Positions 38,117-47,815 are shown, counted from the stretch's first letter. The stretch: DNA of 64,000 nucleotides from Candidatus Gottesmanbacteria bacterium RIFCSPHIGHO2_02_FULL_39_11 (GCA_001779195.1 MFJL01000019.1:27192-91191); one strand, 5' to 3'. The notes: generated by a model not told the origin, from the letters alone. Translations and numbers: made by a program.

Positions 38117-39748
38117 ATGGCAGATCATGAACCAAAAGAAGGAAAAGGACTGAAAGGGCTTCTAAAAAAGATTTTACAGGGAGGTGTTCCTCCCGAGGCT
38201 CTCTATACAGAACCTCCTCCCCCGCAGGAGGCTCGTTCCAATTCTTCCCGTCATAATAACAATAATGAGAACGAAGCACCTCGCGATGTAGATCAGTTGT
38301 GGGACATGATGGCTAGTGCTCCTGCTAAAGCACGCGAATTTATTCCGGATGTGCCCTCTAAAAAAGCTCTTGAGATTCCTGAGATGAAAAGACTGGCTAT
38401 TGACCTTATCGTAAACGTTGACTCTGATTTATATTCAAATCCCCAGTGGCTTAAAAACCGGAAATCAGATATTGAAAGAATTCAAAGCGGGTATGCCTCT
38501 ACTCTGGATCTGAAAGATCAAGGCATATTAGTTGAGATGAAGAACGCAATTATCCAGAAAGAGAGAAAAATTAAAAATATAGACGAAAGATTAAAAGAAA
38601 ACAAAGACGAGATAGAAGCGGTTAAAAAGGGAGAGCCCAAAAATACAGCCGAAGAACTGAAAAAAACAATTAGAGAAGTTACCGATCTTGATGAGATAAA
38701 AAATGATGTAAAAATTAGAGATATAGTTTCTGAATTGGAAGAATATGTCAATAAAGATGACGATGGTCGACACGAGGATGATAAAAAGGTCGGGGGAGAA
38801 CATCCCCCCAAGGGCATTTATCTGGAGTATGCGTATCGAAAGCTTCAGGATCAAATAAAAGAAGAGTATAAGAAATTAAATCAGGAAAAACCGGAAATAT
38901 ATAAGCCTCAACGCCAGGAATTAGCAAAAAAAGTAGAAGCAGTTGAACGGCTTCAAAAAAAGATGGCAAAACACTGGGGAAGCATGACCGGCAAACTGGA
39001 TAATGAAAATTATCGGGAGGTAGGTGACTATGAGATGCATAAAGATACTCTAAGGCGCGATCAAAACTACCGCGACTACTATTTTTATAAAACACTTAAG
39101 CCTATTTTATTTAATGATCGCCTGGAAGCACATAGAGATTTAACCAGTCTCTCACTTATTCAGAGGATGGAGGATTTTATGGAAATTATAAGCGAGGCAA
39201 AAGATACAGGTGAAAATCCGAATGAGAACTACGGTAGGAGCTTGGTAGCTCACTATACCCGTCTGAAAAATATGATTTTTCAGTCTAACGATACGGATTA
39301 TTATGCCGCGCATCCGGCACAGGGAATTGATGAGTTTATCCAGTCCACCGCATTTTTTACAAACGGACTCATCGATTTTGCTTTTCAAAACCCGATGGTA
39401 GTTTTAGCAAAGCGCATGTATGAGTCTGTTCTTCTTGAGATCCGGGAAAACCACCAGGGATATATTCCCAGAAGATATTTGGAATGGAATGAAAGCAGTA
39501 GAGATATCCCGATTGATCGGATGGTAAGAGAGCGTATTCTCCAGGCAATTAAAAACGGACAGGTATACAACCATCCTATTGATCCTGCAACCGGACAGGA
39601 CCAGGTTGATATATATCAAAGGCTTAGGTCCAGTAAGGGAGGAGTATTAGGCGAAAAAGAAAAACTTAAGATGGATGATTTAACCGGCGGACTTGCCCCG
39701 GGAAGTCCGGGATGGAGACGGGACTTAGGAGACCTCCAAATTGCCTAA
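38117..39748 (+). CDS. Hypothetical coiled-coil-rich protein (higher GC)
   Basis: The 543-aa ORF has no TM helix or Walker motifs. It is K/E-rich and is co-oriented and adjacent to the next large gene. Confidence 0.4.
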   Translation: MADHEPKEGKGLKGLLKKILQGGVPPEALYTEPPPPQEARSNSSRHNNNNENEAPRDVDQLWDMMASAPAKAREFIPDVPSKKALEIPEMKRLAIDLIVNVDSDLYSNPQWLKNRKSDIERIQSGYASTLDLKDQGILVEMKNAIIQKERKIKNIDERLKENKDEIEAVKKGEPKNTAEELKKTIREVTDLDEIKNDVKIRDIVSELEEYVNKDDDGRHEDDKKVGGEHPPKGIYLEYAYRKLQDQIKEEYKKLNQEKPEIYKPQRQELAKKVEAVERLQKKMAKHWGSMTGKLDNENYREVGDYEMHKDTLRRDQNYRDYYFYKTLKPILFNDRLEAHRDLTSLSLIQRMEDFMEIISEAKDTGENPNENYGRSLVAHYTRLKNMIFQSNDTDYYAAHPAQGIDEFIQSTAFFTNGLIDFAFQNPMVVLAKRMYESVLLEIRENHQGYIPRRYLEWNESSRDIPIDRMVRERILQAIKNGQVYNHPIDPATGQDQVDIYQRLRSSKGGVLGEKEKLKMDDLTGGLAPGSPGWRRDLGDLQIA

Positions 39749-39778
39749 GCTCTAAAGCAGGCAAAAGCTCTGGGACTT

Positions 39779-42031
39779 GTGGATATGCGGTTTTTGGAAA
39801 TTCTGGCAAAATCCCGGGGAAGCGGATCCAACATGAAGATAAAGAATAATAACGACCTGCACTCGTTCAATATGACGGGGCTTGCTAGTGTCCCCTATGA
39901 AGCAGTCGTGCAGTATCTGGAACCGGTTATTTATAAATACAGCCGGTTTAAGATGGGAGACCGGAAATTTCACGCGTTTTTCAACTTTATGATTCAGGAG
40001 AAGCAGAGCTTTGGGTATAAGCAAATCAGAGAGATTATACAAATGCATGAGGCGGGAGACCAAAAAGGGCTGGAAAAAAAGTATGGAAAAGAGATTGCTA
40101 CCCGGCTTATTTCCCAGGACAACCCATTTCTTTTTTCAAGCATGTGGGGAACGATGACGGGATGGAGAGCTTCCATGTCCACAACCGGTTGGGATGACTG
40201 GAGAAAGGAAAGAATGTCAACGGCCAACCGTCTTACCGGGGTGGGCGATAGGTATATTCTACAGGCAGGATCAGAACATGGAGGAGGAGAACACGGAGGA
40301 CATTTTGATTTTGATGAGGATGAAAAAGATTTACATGCCCACGGATCAACGAGAAATAAGAGAGGGTATGCCTATGAAAAAGTAAAAGAATATTTTCTGT
40401 ATGAATTTGGAGGTATGAGGGATTTTGTCCAGAACAAAAAAATCGATTTAAAAAATGAAATGAAAAGTTCGGGAGATGTCAGGCTTTCTGAGATTGCAAA
40501 AAATCCTGTTGAATTTGAAAAATATTGGAGACAAATTGGAATAAAAAGACATGAAAGTGAGATTAAGGAAAAATCAAAAGAGGAAAGAAGAAAAAATTTT
40601 CATGGAAATGAAATCGAACTTATTATGCAGACAGAGCGGGCATATAAGGCTCGCGTCTGGGCACAGGCTGTCATGAGGTCTCCTCTTATTGTGGCCCGTG
40701 AGTGGGGAAAAGAGAATACGTTAGAATCCAAGGAATTCGAATACCTGGGACAGGGAGCTCTCCGGAGAAAAATTCTAAGAGAAATTCTTCATTTTGATCT
40801 TCCGGAAATGGGACCTACCCAGGAACCTACCAAACAGCAGGAAGAGCAGTTGAACCGTATTACCGTACTTGAAGGACAGCTTGCCAGTATTTCTGAAAAA
40901 TCCAGACGGGAGAACCGGGATCTTCAGGATGAGGATTTTGAGGATATTGTAGATCCCGACCAGCGGGTACTTGCTCTAAGGTATTGGCATAAAGTGCAAA
41001 AGGCAGTTCTGGGAGCTGAGGGAAACCATGCCGGACAAGCCTGGTATGACGCGCTTGGAATACAGAGTGCGGATTTACCGGATGACAATGAATTAAGAAC
41101 GTATATATTAAATCCGGAGAACGGATTTTTAAAACCGGACGGAAAAGTTGATTTATCCGATGAACGTCTGGAAGGGCTTAGGTCTCACAAAATTGATTTT
41201 AACAAAATATCCCAGAATATTAATATTCATGCAGACGGGAAAGATTATGCAGATATTTTCCATGGAGGACATCTGCCTCCCGGAGTAAATCATGATGCAA
41301 TGCTTACCGGGCGCATGATTGACAAAGACTGGAGATATTTTTTCTCTACAGAGGATATGGGATGGGAATATTTAAATATGGTTGCATTAGGAGAAAGAAA
41401 TCCGGTCCGGCGTGCCGGAGATCTGGCCTCTCATGTGCAATTTTCACAAGGACTGGATAAGCTTATTGCCCCGGCAGGAGGTGCCATAGGACCCCGCTTA
41501 AATGAAGAAGAATTTCATAAGGCACTTACAGAAATGTTTACCGCAATTGAGGGAGATGATAGAGATGTCGCCTATGATACCGTTCAGAGGATTTTCTATA
41601 ACTCCATGCTTATGTACCGGAAGATGACTCCGAGCTATTATAAAATACCTCTTATCGGGTGGGGAGCTGCAAAAATAAAAGGTTTTCTGCGGCCCATGTC
41701 TGTGATGCAGATACTGTCAGAGCCATATGGGCAGATGCACGCGGACGCGTTTGGAGCTCAGGACATACTAAAACAAATTCACATGGGAGAGGCAGCAGGG
41801 TATATTCTTCCATCTGATATAAATCCCTTAACCGGAGAAAGGGATCATTGGACAGAATGGAATGCCCATACTCTTGAGTCTCGCTTAGGCGCAGGTAAAG
41901 AGTCTCTTACGTATGATGTTGAAAATTATGTTCTGTTTCTGATGTTTATGCTTCTTCTTTGGCAATCTCTGAAGCAATCAAACGCGGATAACGCGGAAGG
42001 TGGTGGAGGTGGAGGCCCCCCTGGTCACTAG
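39779..42031 (+). CDS. Hypothetical 750-aa protein with a C-terminal TM helix and a poly-Gly tail (higher GC)
   Basis: It has a His/Gly cluster HGGGEHGGHFDFDEDEKDLHAHG, a C-terminus YVLFLMFMLLLWQSL...AEGGGGGGPPGH, and no family assignment. Confidence 0.4.
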   Translation: MDMRFLEILAKSRGSGSNMKIKNNNDLHSFNMTGLASVPYEAVVQYLEPVIYKYSRFKMGDRKFHAFFNFMIQEKQSFGYKQIREIIQMHEAGDQKGLEKKYGKEIATRLISQDNPFLFSSMWGTMTGWRASMSTTGWDDWRKERMSTANRLTGVGDRYILQAGSEHGGGEHGGHFDFDEDEKDLHAHGSTRNKRGYAYEKVKEYFLYEFGGMRDFVQNKKIDLKNEMKSSGDVRLSEIAKNPVEFEKYWRQIGIKRHESEIKEKSKEERRKNFHGNEIELIMQTERAYKARVWAQAVMRSPLIVAREWGKENTLESKEFEYLGQGALRRKILREILHFDLPEMGPTQEPTKQQEEQLNRITVLEGQLASISEKSRRENRDLQDEDFEDIVDPDQRVLALRYWHKVQKAVLGAEGNHAGQAWYDALGIQSADLPDDNELRTYILNPENGFLKPDGKVDLSDERLEGLRSHKIDFNKISQNINIHADGKDYADIFHGGHLPPGVNHDAMLTGRMIDKDWRYFFSTEDMGWEYLNMVALGERNPVRRAGDLASHVQFSQGLDKLIAPAGGAIGPRLNEEEFHKALTEMFTAIEGDDRDVAYDTVQRIFYNSMLMYRKMTPSYYKIPLIGWGAAKIKGFLRPMSVMQILSEPYGQMHADAFGAQDILKQIHMGEAAGYILPSDINPLTGERDHWTEWNAHTLESRLGAGKESLTYDVENYVLFLMFMLLLWQSLKQSNADNAEGGGGGGPPGH

Positions 42032-42033
42032 GT

Positions 42034-43467
42034 TTAATGCTTCTGTTCTCCTCCTCCAAAAAATTTCTTCAAAGGTCCATGCTGGGTAGCCTGCTGGAAA
42101 TAATACTGAGTCTGCAAAGCTGACATTCCGGTTTGAACCGTCCCGGTAACCGGAGCAAATATGGTTCCCAGAGAGAAAGGTAAGGTTGGCTGAGGGTTGA
42201 AAGCTTTCTTAGCAGCGGCAACCAGATTGGGTGCTAAAAAGACTACACCGATTGCTAAAATATTATGGAAAATTCCCCCGGCTCCGACTCCCACAAAAGG
42301 AGGGGCCCAGGTGCTGACAGACGCTTGATTCTCTGAGCCTAGGAATGCTGCAAAGATCAATATTCCGGCCGTTGCCGGAAACACGACTAAATTGGCTAAA
42401 ATATTTTGTATCCATCCTCCAAACGCGGATTTACCGGGTATCGCCTCCTGAAGAAGAATAAACGGACCGAGGATAACGGAAATTAGTAGCTGGATATAGG
42501 AGTTTAGCAGAAGAAAGAAAAGTCTGACTAATGTAAAAAGAAACCCCCCAAAAATAAAAAGAAGTATGACTCCTCCTCCAGTGGCAATAACAGGTAGTGT
42601 TGCGACATGTGTAACTATTGCCGCAATTATTCCTACAACTCCCGCGCCGGTTGTAAGCTCTATTACTCCCAGATTATTGACAACTCCGGCCCAAAATACT
42701 CCGTTAATAAGTCCTCCCAGATCAGCATTCAGGTAAGCAGATTGAAGATTGGTTACGTCTGCTCCTCCGATTCTTCCCCCTGCTCCTGTGACCAGTAAGT
42801 TTATGAGAATTGCCATTGAAAAATACATAATATCAATCAAAAATCCGGCAATTGCATAGGAGAAGGTGATAAGAAGAAGGGCAACAACTATTTTAGGAAG
42901 CGCTGCCTGAATGGTGATTACCGTTTTAGGATCTATTTTCATCCTAAAAATAATCATAAATCCGATGATAAGCATGACGATAATAATAATGGAATACGCG
43001 ATATTGCGGGTCACTTTCCAGAAGGGAAGAAAAGTGGAAAGTGCTGAAAATCCTATCCCTTGAGCATATGCAGGCTTTACAAACCCGGCGTTATTTAGGG
43101 TATCGTGAACATAAGCAATTCCTGAGGCCGCGGGATTTGAGTAAACTTCCCCAATTAAGTTTGTGACATTTCCAAGAGCAGTTAATTTAGATTCACAGTT
43201 AGTTATATCTGTGCATCCGATTTTGTTTGTTAAATTATAAATTAAGGCATCGATTGTAAAACTTCCTGCCGAAAGGCCGCTTATACACGGCTTACCATTA
43301 TTATCGGCGGCACAGGCTTCTTCTTTTTGTTTCATATCATTTAGGCTGTTAACGTTCTGTTTATAGAAAACATCCTGAGGGTTTGCTGCGTTTACAGTTG
43401 AAGTGAATGAGACAAAGAGAGTAAAAAAGATAAATACAATAAAAAATAGGGGCAGTAGACGTTGCAT
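42034..43467 (-). CDS. Polytopic membrane protein, VirB6/TrbL-like (putative T4SS inner-membrane channel component)
   Basis: A signal peptide is followed by a Cys-containing extracytoplasmic domain and then at least 6 Gly/Ala-rich TM helices. It is immediately followed by the pilin-like gene array. Confidence 0.45.
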   Translation of the reverse strand: MQRLLPLFFIVFIFFTLFVSFTSTVNAANPQDVFYKQNVNSLNDMKQKEEACAADNNGKPCISGLSAGSFTIDALIYNLTNKIGCTDITNCESKLTALGNVTNLIGEVYSNPAASGIAYVHDTLNNAGFVKPAYAQGIGFSALSTFLPFWKVTRNIAYSIIIIVMLIIGFMIIFRMKIDPKTVITIQAALPKIVVALLLITFSYAIAGFLIDIMYFSMAILINLLVTGAGGRIGGADVTNLQSAYLNADLGGLINGVFWAGVVNNLGVIELTTGAGVVGIIAAIVTHVATLPVIATGGGVILLFIFGGFLFTLVRLFFLLLNSYIQLLISVILGPFILLQEAIPGKSAFGGWIQNILANLVVFPATAGILIFAAFLGSENQASVSTWAPPFVGVGAGGIFHNILAIGVVFLAPNLVAAAKKAFNPQPTLPFSLGTIFAPVTGTVQTGMSALQTQYYFQQATQHGPLKKFFGGGEQKH

Positions 43468-43522
43468 AATAGATATCTTTATTATTCAGACTTATACAGA
43501 AGAAGTCAAGAAGATATGTCTC

Positions 43523-43939
43523 TTAAGTTTGGACAGCCGAGGGAATGTTAAAGTTGAAAATGTTCGGAACTCCCAGGAAGTTAGCAACTAAATTGAATAT
43601 TGCGTAAGCTGCAAAGACCAACAGAAGTCCCAAAAGTGCAGCCTGGATTTTATTCCGTGCCGACTCAATATTTCCTTTGTCTCCTCCTGAGGTGATCCAC
43701 TGAAATCCTCCCCAGAGAAGATAGACAAAGGCGATAAGTCCCGCTAAAAAGAGGAATAAGGAAAGAAGGCTTCCAATAAGTTTTCCTAAATCTAGGATTC
43801 TTAGTTCCGGAGGTGGAGGGATATTAATTGATCCCGAGGGGAAGGGTGTGTTGGATTGAGCGTGAACTCCTGGGACAACAATTCCGGACGTAACTGCAAT
43901 TGTTAATGTTGTGATAGCAGAGGACAAAGTTTTCTTCAT
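43523..43939 (-). CDS. T4SS pilin-like protein (VirB2/TrbC-like), paralog 1
   Basis: A signal peptide precedes a TM helix, the motif FQWITSGGDKGNIESARNKIQAALLGL and a second TM helix. Confidence 0.5.
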   Translation of the reverse strand: MKKTLSSAITTLTIAVTSGIVVPGVHAQSNTPFPSGSINIPPPPELRILDLGKLIGSLLSLFLFLAGLIAFVYLLWGGFQWITSGGDKGNIESARNKIQAALLGLLLVFAAYAIFNLVANFLGVPNIFNFNIPSAVQT

Positions 43940-44014
43940 ATATAAACAGATTAGGAGGATTTTTTTCTCTTGTCAAGAGATAAAAAAGTACTGAGGTAAA
44001 ACTTGCCCCAGTCT

Positions 44015-44341
44015 TCACTGAGTCGGGATTCTGAAAATAGTAATGGGAACCCCTGTGAAATACTCAATCAGTTTAAATATAAGGTACGCCCCAGCCATCA
44101 GAGCAATTCCGATAATCGCGTATGTCAGCGTCGATTTTGCAGATGCTACAGCTTTGGGGTCTCCTCCGGCTGTCAGGAACTTAAACCCTCCGACTAGAAA
44201 CATCACAAATAGAGCCAAAGCTGCAAGACTTACGGCAACCACCAAAATATTTGAGAATACAATCTCAAGGCATTTAATAGTCGGGACTTCTACCTCTCCA
44301 ACCTTTAACAAACATCCCGGAACATCATTCCAATTTTTCAT
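44015..44341 (-). CDS. T4SS pilin-like protein, paralog 2
   Basis: FKFLTAGGDPKAVASAKSTLTYAIIGI lies between two TM helices. Confidence 0.5.
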   Translation of the reverse strand: MKNWNDVPGCLLKVGEVEVPTIKCLEIVFSNILVVAVSLAALALFVMFLVGGFKFLTAGGDPKAVASAKSTLTYAIIGIALMAGAYLIFKLIEYFTGVPITIFRIPTQ

Positions 44342-44347
44342 AATGGT

Positions 44348-44689
44348 TTAAAAGAGTTTAGGAAGATTCAGATTTACTCCATCTCCGCTTGTAAGTCCCA
44401 GAAATTTTAAAAGGACAAGATATATTGACCACGAAGCAACCAGAATGATAAGCCCGATGATGGACTGCAAGATCCGTTCCCTGGCCTCCATCACTTTCCC
44501 TTTATCTCCTCCTGAGGTGATCCACTCCAGTCCTCCCCGAAGAAGCTGAAACAATGTCCAGATTGCTCCTAAGAATAAAATTATTCCCACCAGAGCTGAA
44601 AAAAACTTTCCAAAAGCAGCTGCGGAGCTTGCTTGGTCACAGTTAAGCCCGATTATAGCTGTATTACAAACAGGAGTTATGTTTGGCAT
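44348..44689 (-). CDS. T4SS pilin-like protein, paralog 3
   Basis: LEWITSGGDKGKVMEARERILQSIIGL lies between two TM helices. Confidence 0.5.
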   Translation of the reverse strand: MPNITPVCNTAIIGLNCDQASSAAAFGKFFSALVGIILFLGAIWTLFQLLRGGLEWITSGGDKGKVMEARERILQSIIGLIILVASWSIYLVLLKFLGLTSGDGVNLNLPKLF

Positions 44690-44693
44690 AGCA

Positions 44694-45182
44694 TCAGATT
44701 ACTAATTTTATTATAGCTTCTCCGGGATTAAAAATATTAAGCCCGAAAATATTTCCAACCAGTCCTACAAAGATATAGGAGACAACCACAATAAGAAGCC
44801 CAATCACCGCGTGAAGCATGCGCAGGCGCGCGATTTCCAAAAGCCCTTTATCAGCTCCGGCTGAGATCCACTGAAATCCTCCTATTATAAATTGTATTAA
44901 AAACCACAATCCTGCAATGATCGTTATAAATGAGATAATTCCGCTGACAAGCTGATTTAAGGAGTTTGCAACCTGAGTATTTTGATCAGTAGTATTGTTA
45001 GAATTTAAGATTCCGCAAATAATGTTTCCAATTGGGCCCATCCCTCCTCCGCATCCTATACCTTGGGTATTTGGTCCTGCTGGAGTTTGTGCAAAAGCTT
45101 TTGGAATCCCAATCAAATGAACTAAGCCGACAAAAAAAATAATAATTAAAGCAGAAATAATAATATTTAAGTATTTACTCAT
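44694..45182 (-). CDS. T4SS pilin-like protein, paralog 4
   Basis: FQWISAGADKGLLEIARLRMLHAVIGL lies between two TM helices, with an N-terminal signal peptide. Confidence 0.5.
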   Translation of the reverse strand: MSKYLNIIISALIIIFFVGLVHLIGIPKAFAQTPAGPNTQGIGCGGGMGPIGNIICGILNSNNTTDQNTQVANSLNQLVSGIISFITIIAGLWFLIQFIIGGFQWISAGADKGLLEIARLRMLHAVIGLLIVVVSYIFVGLVGNIFGLNIFNPGEAIIKLVI

Positions 45183-45619
45183 GGTGTTGGTGTAATAGTA
45201 GGATTAAGAATTGCGGTAACATTTCCATACAGAACAAGCCCGATAATTGCAGCTACCAGAAATGATGCCACAATGATAATAAGTCCTACCAGGGACTGCC
45301 AGATACGTGTCCAGGCTGATGCAACCTTTTTGCTATCCCCGGAAGCGCTCATAAAATCAAATCCGGCTATAATAAAATTTAAAAAAGTCCACAAGCCGGC
45401 AACGATAAAAATAATCCGAAGAACCAGGTTCATCAGAATGACAACTGCGGTAAGTTGTCCCGTATCACTAATTGGGGGTGTTGAGAAAAGTCCGCCGAAT
45501 CCGGTGGGATTGATTGTCCCAATCGGATCTCCCTGAGCGTAGACAGGAGTAGAAAGCGAAAGGGAGAAAGAGAGAAGAAGCGAAAAAAAAATAATTGTTA
45601 TAGATGACAAACGATTCAT
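45179..45619 (-). CDS. T4SS pilin-like protein, paralog 5
   Basis: FDFMSASGDSKKVASAWTRIWQSLVGL, with an N-terminal signal peptide ending in the AQG cleavage context. Confidence 0.5.
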   Translation of the reverse strand: MNRLSSITIIFFSLLLSFSLSLSTPVYAQGDPIGTINPTGFGGLFSTPPISDTGQLTAVVILMNLVLRIIFIVAGLWTFLNFIIAGFDFMSASGDSKKVASAWTRIWQSLVGLIIIVASFLVAAIIGLVLYGNVTAILNPTITPTP

Positions 45620-45969
45620 CCGAATACTCCTCCAAAAGGTTTTCCTGTAAGGTTATTTATTATCTGAAGTATCCAGAGGGAGGCAAACATAATAATGAGT
45701 CCTATCACCGCATATGTCAGAATCATTTTTCTGCTCTCCGATGCATGAGGGTCTCCTCCGGCATTTGAGATCACTCCAAATCCCGCAATAACTACGATAA
45801 AAAAGCACAAAATGCCGCCGGCAAGTAAAAATAGGGGAACAAAAAAAGACACAAATCCCCCGATTGAACCAAAAGCCGGATTTTTCGCGATAGGAAAAAT
45901 TTTTCCGATATCTACTCCACCTGTAGGCATTCTAAATTTAGAATAAGGGGGAACAGGGAGGTTTGTCAA
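45616..45969 (-). CDS. T4SS pilin-like protein, paralog 6
   Basis: FGVISNAGGDPHASESRKMILTYAVIGL. The start may be at the internal Met (MPTGG). Confidence 0.45.
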   Translation of the reverse strand: MTNLPVPPYSKFRMPTGGVDIGKIFPIAKNPAFGSIGGFVSFFVPLFLLAGGILCFFIVVIAGFGVISNAGGDPHASESRKMILTYAVIGLIIMFASLWILQIINNLTGKPFGGVFG

Positions 45970-45998
45970 ATAAGAGAAAGAGCCGTATACTTCTAGGT

Positions 45999-46553
45999 AT
46001 GAAACCAGGCAGATGTGAAGAAAAAGAGTTGGTAGAAAATATACTGAAAGGAGAAGAGTCCTCCCTGCGAAAGTTTTATGACACTTACTATCGTCCTATT
46101 CTTTCCTTTATCAGAAAGAGGATAAACAGTGAAAATGATGTAGAGGAAGTTTTGCAGGATACCCTCTTAGGAGCGCTTGATTCATTCCGGGATTTCTCTT
46201 TCCGCTGTTCCATATTTACTTTTTTATGCAGTATCGCAAGTCATAAAGTGATTGACTATTACAGAAGAAAGAAAATAAAAAATATCGTTTTTTCTAAAAT
46301 TCCGGATGTGGAGGAAATACTGGGAACACTTTTAGGTCCTGAAGAAATTTTAGACCATGAAATGCTTAAAAGTAAGATAAAAAAAACTCTTTTATCTCTT
46401 TCTCCCATGTATCAGAAAATTATAGACTTAAAATATATTCAAGGCTATACCGTTTCTGAGATTGCCGAAAAATTATCGTTATCATTTAAAAGCTGCGAAA
46501 GCCATCTGTTTCGTGCTCGGAAAGCATTTGTCGTGGCTTTTGAGAAAAAGTAA
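45999..46553 (+). CDS. RNA polymerase sigma-70 factor, ECF subfamily
   Basis: Region 2 (VEEVLQDTLLGALDSFRDF) and region 4 HTH (GYTVSEIAEKLSLSFKSCESHLFRARKAF) are present. The start is taken at the Met of MKPGRCEEKE to avoid overlap with the divergent pilin gene. Confidence 0.78.
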   Translation: MKPGRCEEKELVENILKGEESSLRKFYDTYYRPILSFIRKRINSENDVEEVLQDTLLGALDSFRDFSFRCSIFTFLCSIASHKVIDYYRRKKIKNIVFSKIPDVEEILGTLLGPEEILDHEMLKSKIKKTLLSLSPMYQKIIDLKYIQGYTVSEIAEKLSLSFKSCESHLFRARKAFVVAFEKK

Positions 46554-46555
46554 CT

Positions 46556-46795
46556 GTGAAAAGTAACTCAGACCTTCTTTATCTTAAATTAGTGAAAAGG
46601 ATGGAGGAGATAAGTGTTGTTTCTCCTCAAGAACTGGGGCCTTTTACCTTATTTTATAAGGTTATTGCCTCGCAGTTAAAAGTTCATCCCTGGAAGAGTG
46701 CAGGAGTTGCCGCTCTTATTGCGACTCTACTTCTGTATCTGGCTCTAGGAGGAGCTTTTATCAAAATTGCCTCACTACTCCAGTACGGATTCTGA
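46556..46795 (+). CDS. Hypothetical small membrane protein (possible anti-sigma factor)
   Basis: The 79-aa ORF immediately follows the ECF sigma gene with a 2-nt gap and has one TM helix. The function is suggested only by position. Confidence 0.3.
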   Translation: MKSNSDLLYLKLVKRMEEISVVSPQELGPFTLFYKVIASQLKVHPWKSAGVAALIATLLLYLALGGAFIKIASLLQYGF

Positions 46796-46964
46796 TTGGG
46801 AAGTGGGAAATTAGATATGTGACGTGAGATGTTGATATTCTCGAAATTGGATGTTCATGAATTTGGTTACTTGGTATCAAGAATTCAAGATTTCAAAAAT
46901 TCTAGATCAAAAGTATCTAACTTCCAACTTCAAGATATCTCATGCTAGAAGTCATCTCTAAACT

Positions 46965-47021
46965 GTCATCCTGAACTTGTTTCAGGATCTTCTGAAGATG
47001 CTGAAATAAATTCAGCATGAC
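46965..47021. repeat. Hairpin repeat element (GTCATCCTGAACTTGTTTCAGGATC ... GATGCTGAAATAAATTCAGCATGAC)
   Basis: Two consecutive stem-loops. The element is nearly identical to 47726-47806 and is the inverse of 11453-11520. Confidence 0.6.
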
Positions 47022-47085
47022 GCAGACGCGGAGGTTTCGAGACTACTTCTAACTTCTTACAGTCACTTCCCACTTCATAATTACT

Positions 47086-47715
47086 ATGTCTCTTGTGATA
47101 TCTGTATTTTTCCAATCATTCGTGTCATTTCTTAAAACCTCTTGGGGGTGTTTTAATCGTCCGTATGAAACATATAGAAAAATTTCTTCCGGATCCTTTA
47201 ATTTGCTTTCTACGTTTTTTATTTTTTTCTTTGTCTGTGTTTACTTTGCCTGGGAGAGCTTAATCCGAACTCCCTTTAGAAGTCCCTATGTATTGACTTA
47301 CAATTTTGGTTTGTCGTTTTTAGCAGCAGCTACCGGGTTTTCTCTTATCGTAGGCATTTTGTACTTTTTAGGAGAAAAGACACATGAGAAGATATCTCTT
47401 GAAAGAGTAGTAATACTCTGGTCTTATTCATTACTTCCAACGGTAATTTGGTTTTTTTCTACATCTCTTATCTATATGATTCTTCCGCCTCCAAGAACCT
47501 TATCTGTGTGGGGAAAGGGATTTAGTATCGTATTTATCTCTTTTTCCATCGCTCTTTTGGGATGGAAAATCATTCTGTATTATCTGACACTTCGGTTTGG
47601 ACTTCGAATCAGTTTGAAAAAAATTCTTACTGTTTCTTTTGTCGTTATCCCGATTATAGCGATCTACTCACTAGGCATGTATTATTTAAGAATATTTAGA
47701 ATACCGTTTATATAA
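47086..47715 (+). CDS. Hypothetical polytopic membrane protein (Yip1-like topology)
   Basis: A 209-aa ORF with five or six TM helices. Confidence 0.4.
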   Translation: MSLVISVFFQSFVSFLKTSWGCFNRPYETYRKISSGSFNLLSTFFIFFFVCVYFAWESLIRTPFRSPYVLTYNFGLSFLAAATGFSLIVGILYFLGEKTHEKISLERVVILWSYSLLPTVIWFFSTSLIYMILPPPRTLSVWGKGFSIVFISFSIALLGWKIILYYLTLRFGLRISLKKILTVSFVVIPIIAIYSLGMYYLRIFRIPFI

Positions 47716-47725
47716 AAATTGCTCT

Positions 47726-47806
47726 GTCATCCTGAACTTGTTTCAGAGCCTGTCCTGAATTCGGTTCAGGAATCTTCTGAAGATGCTGAAATAAATTCAG
47801 CATGAC
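47726..47806. repeat. Hairpin repeat element, three stem-loops
   Basis: gtcatcctgaacttgtttcagagcctgtcctgaattcggttcaggaatcttctgaagatgctgaaataaattcagcatgac. Confidence 0.6.
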
Positions 47807-47815
47807 GATCAAGCT

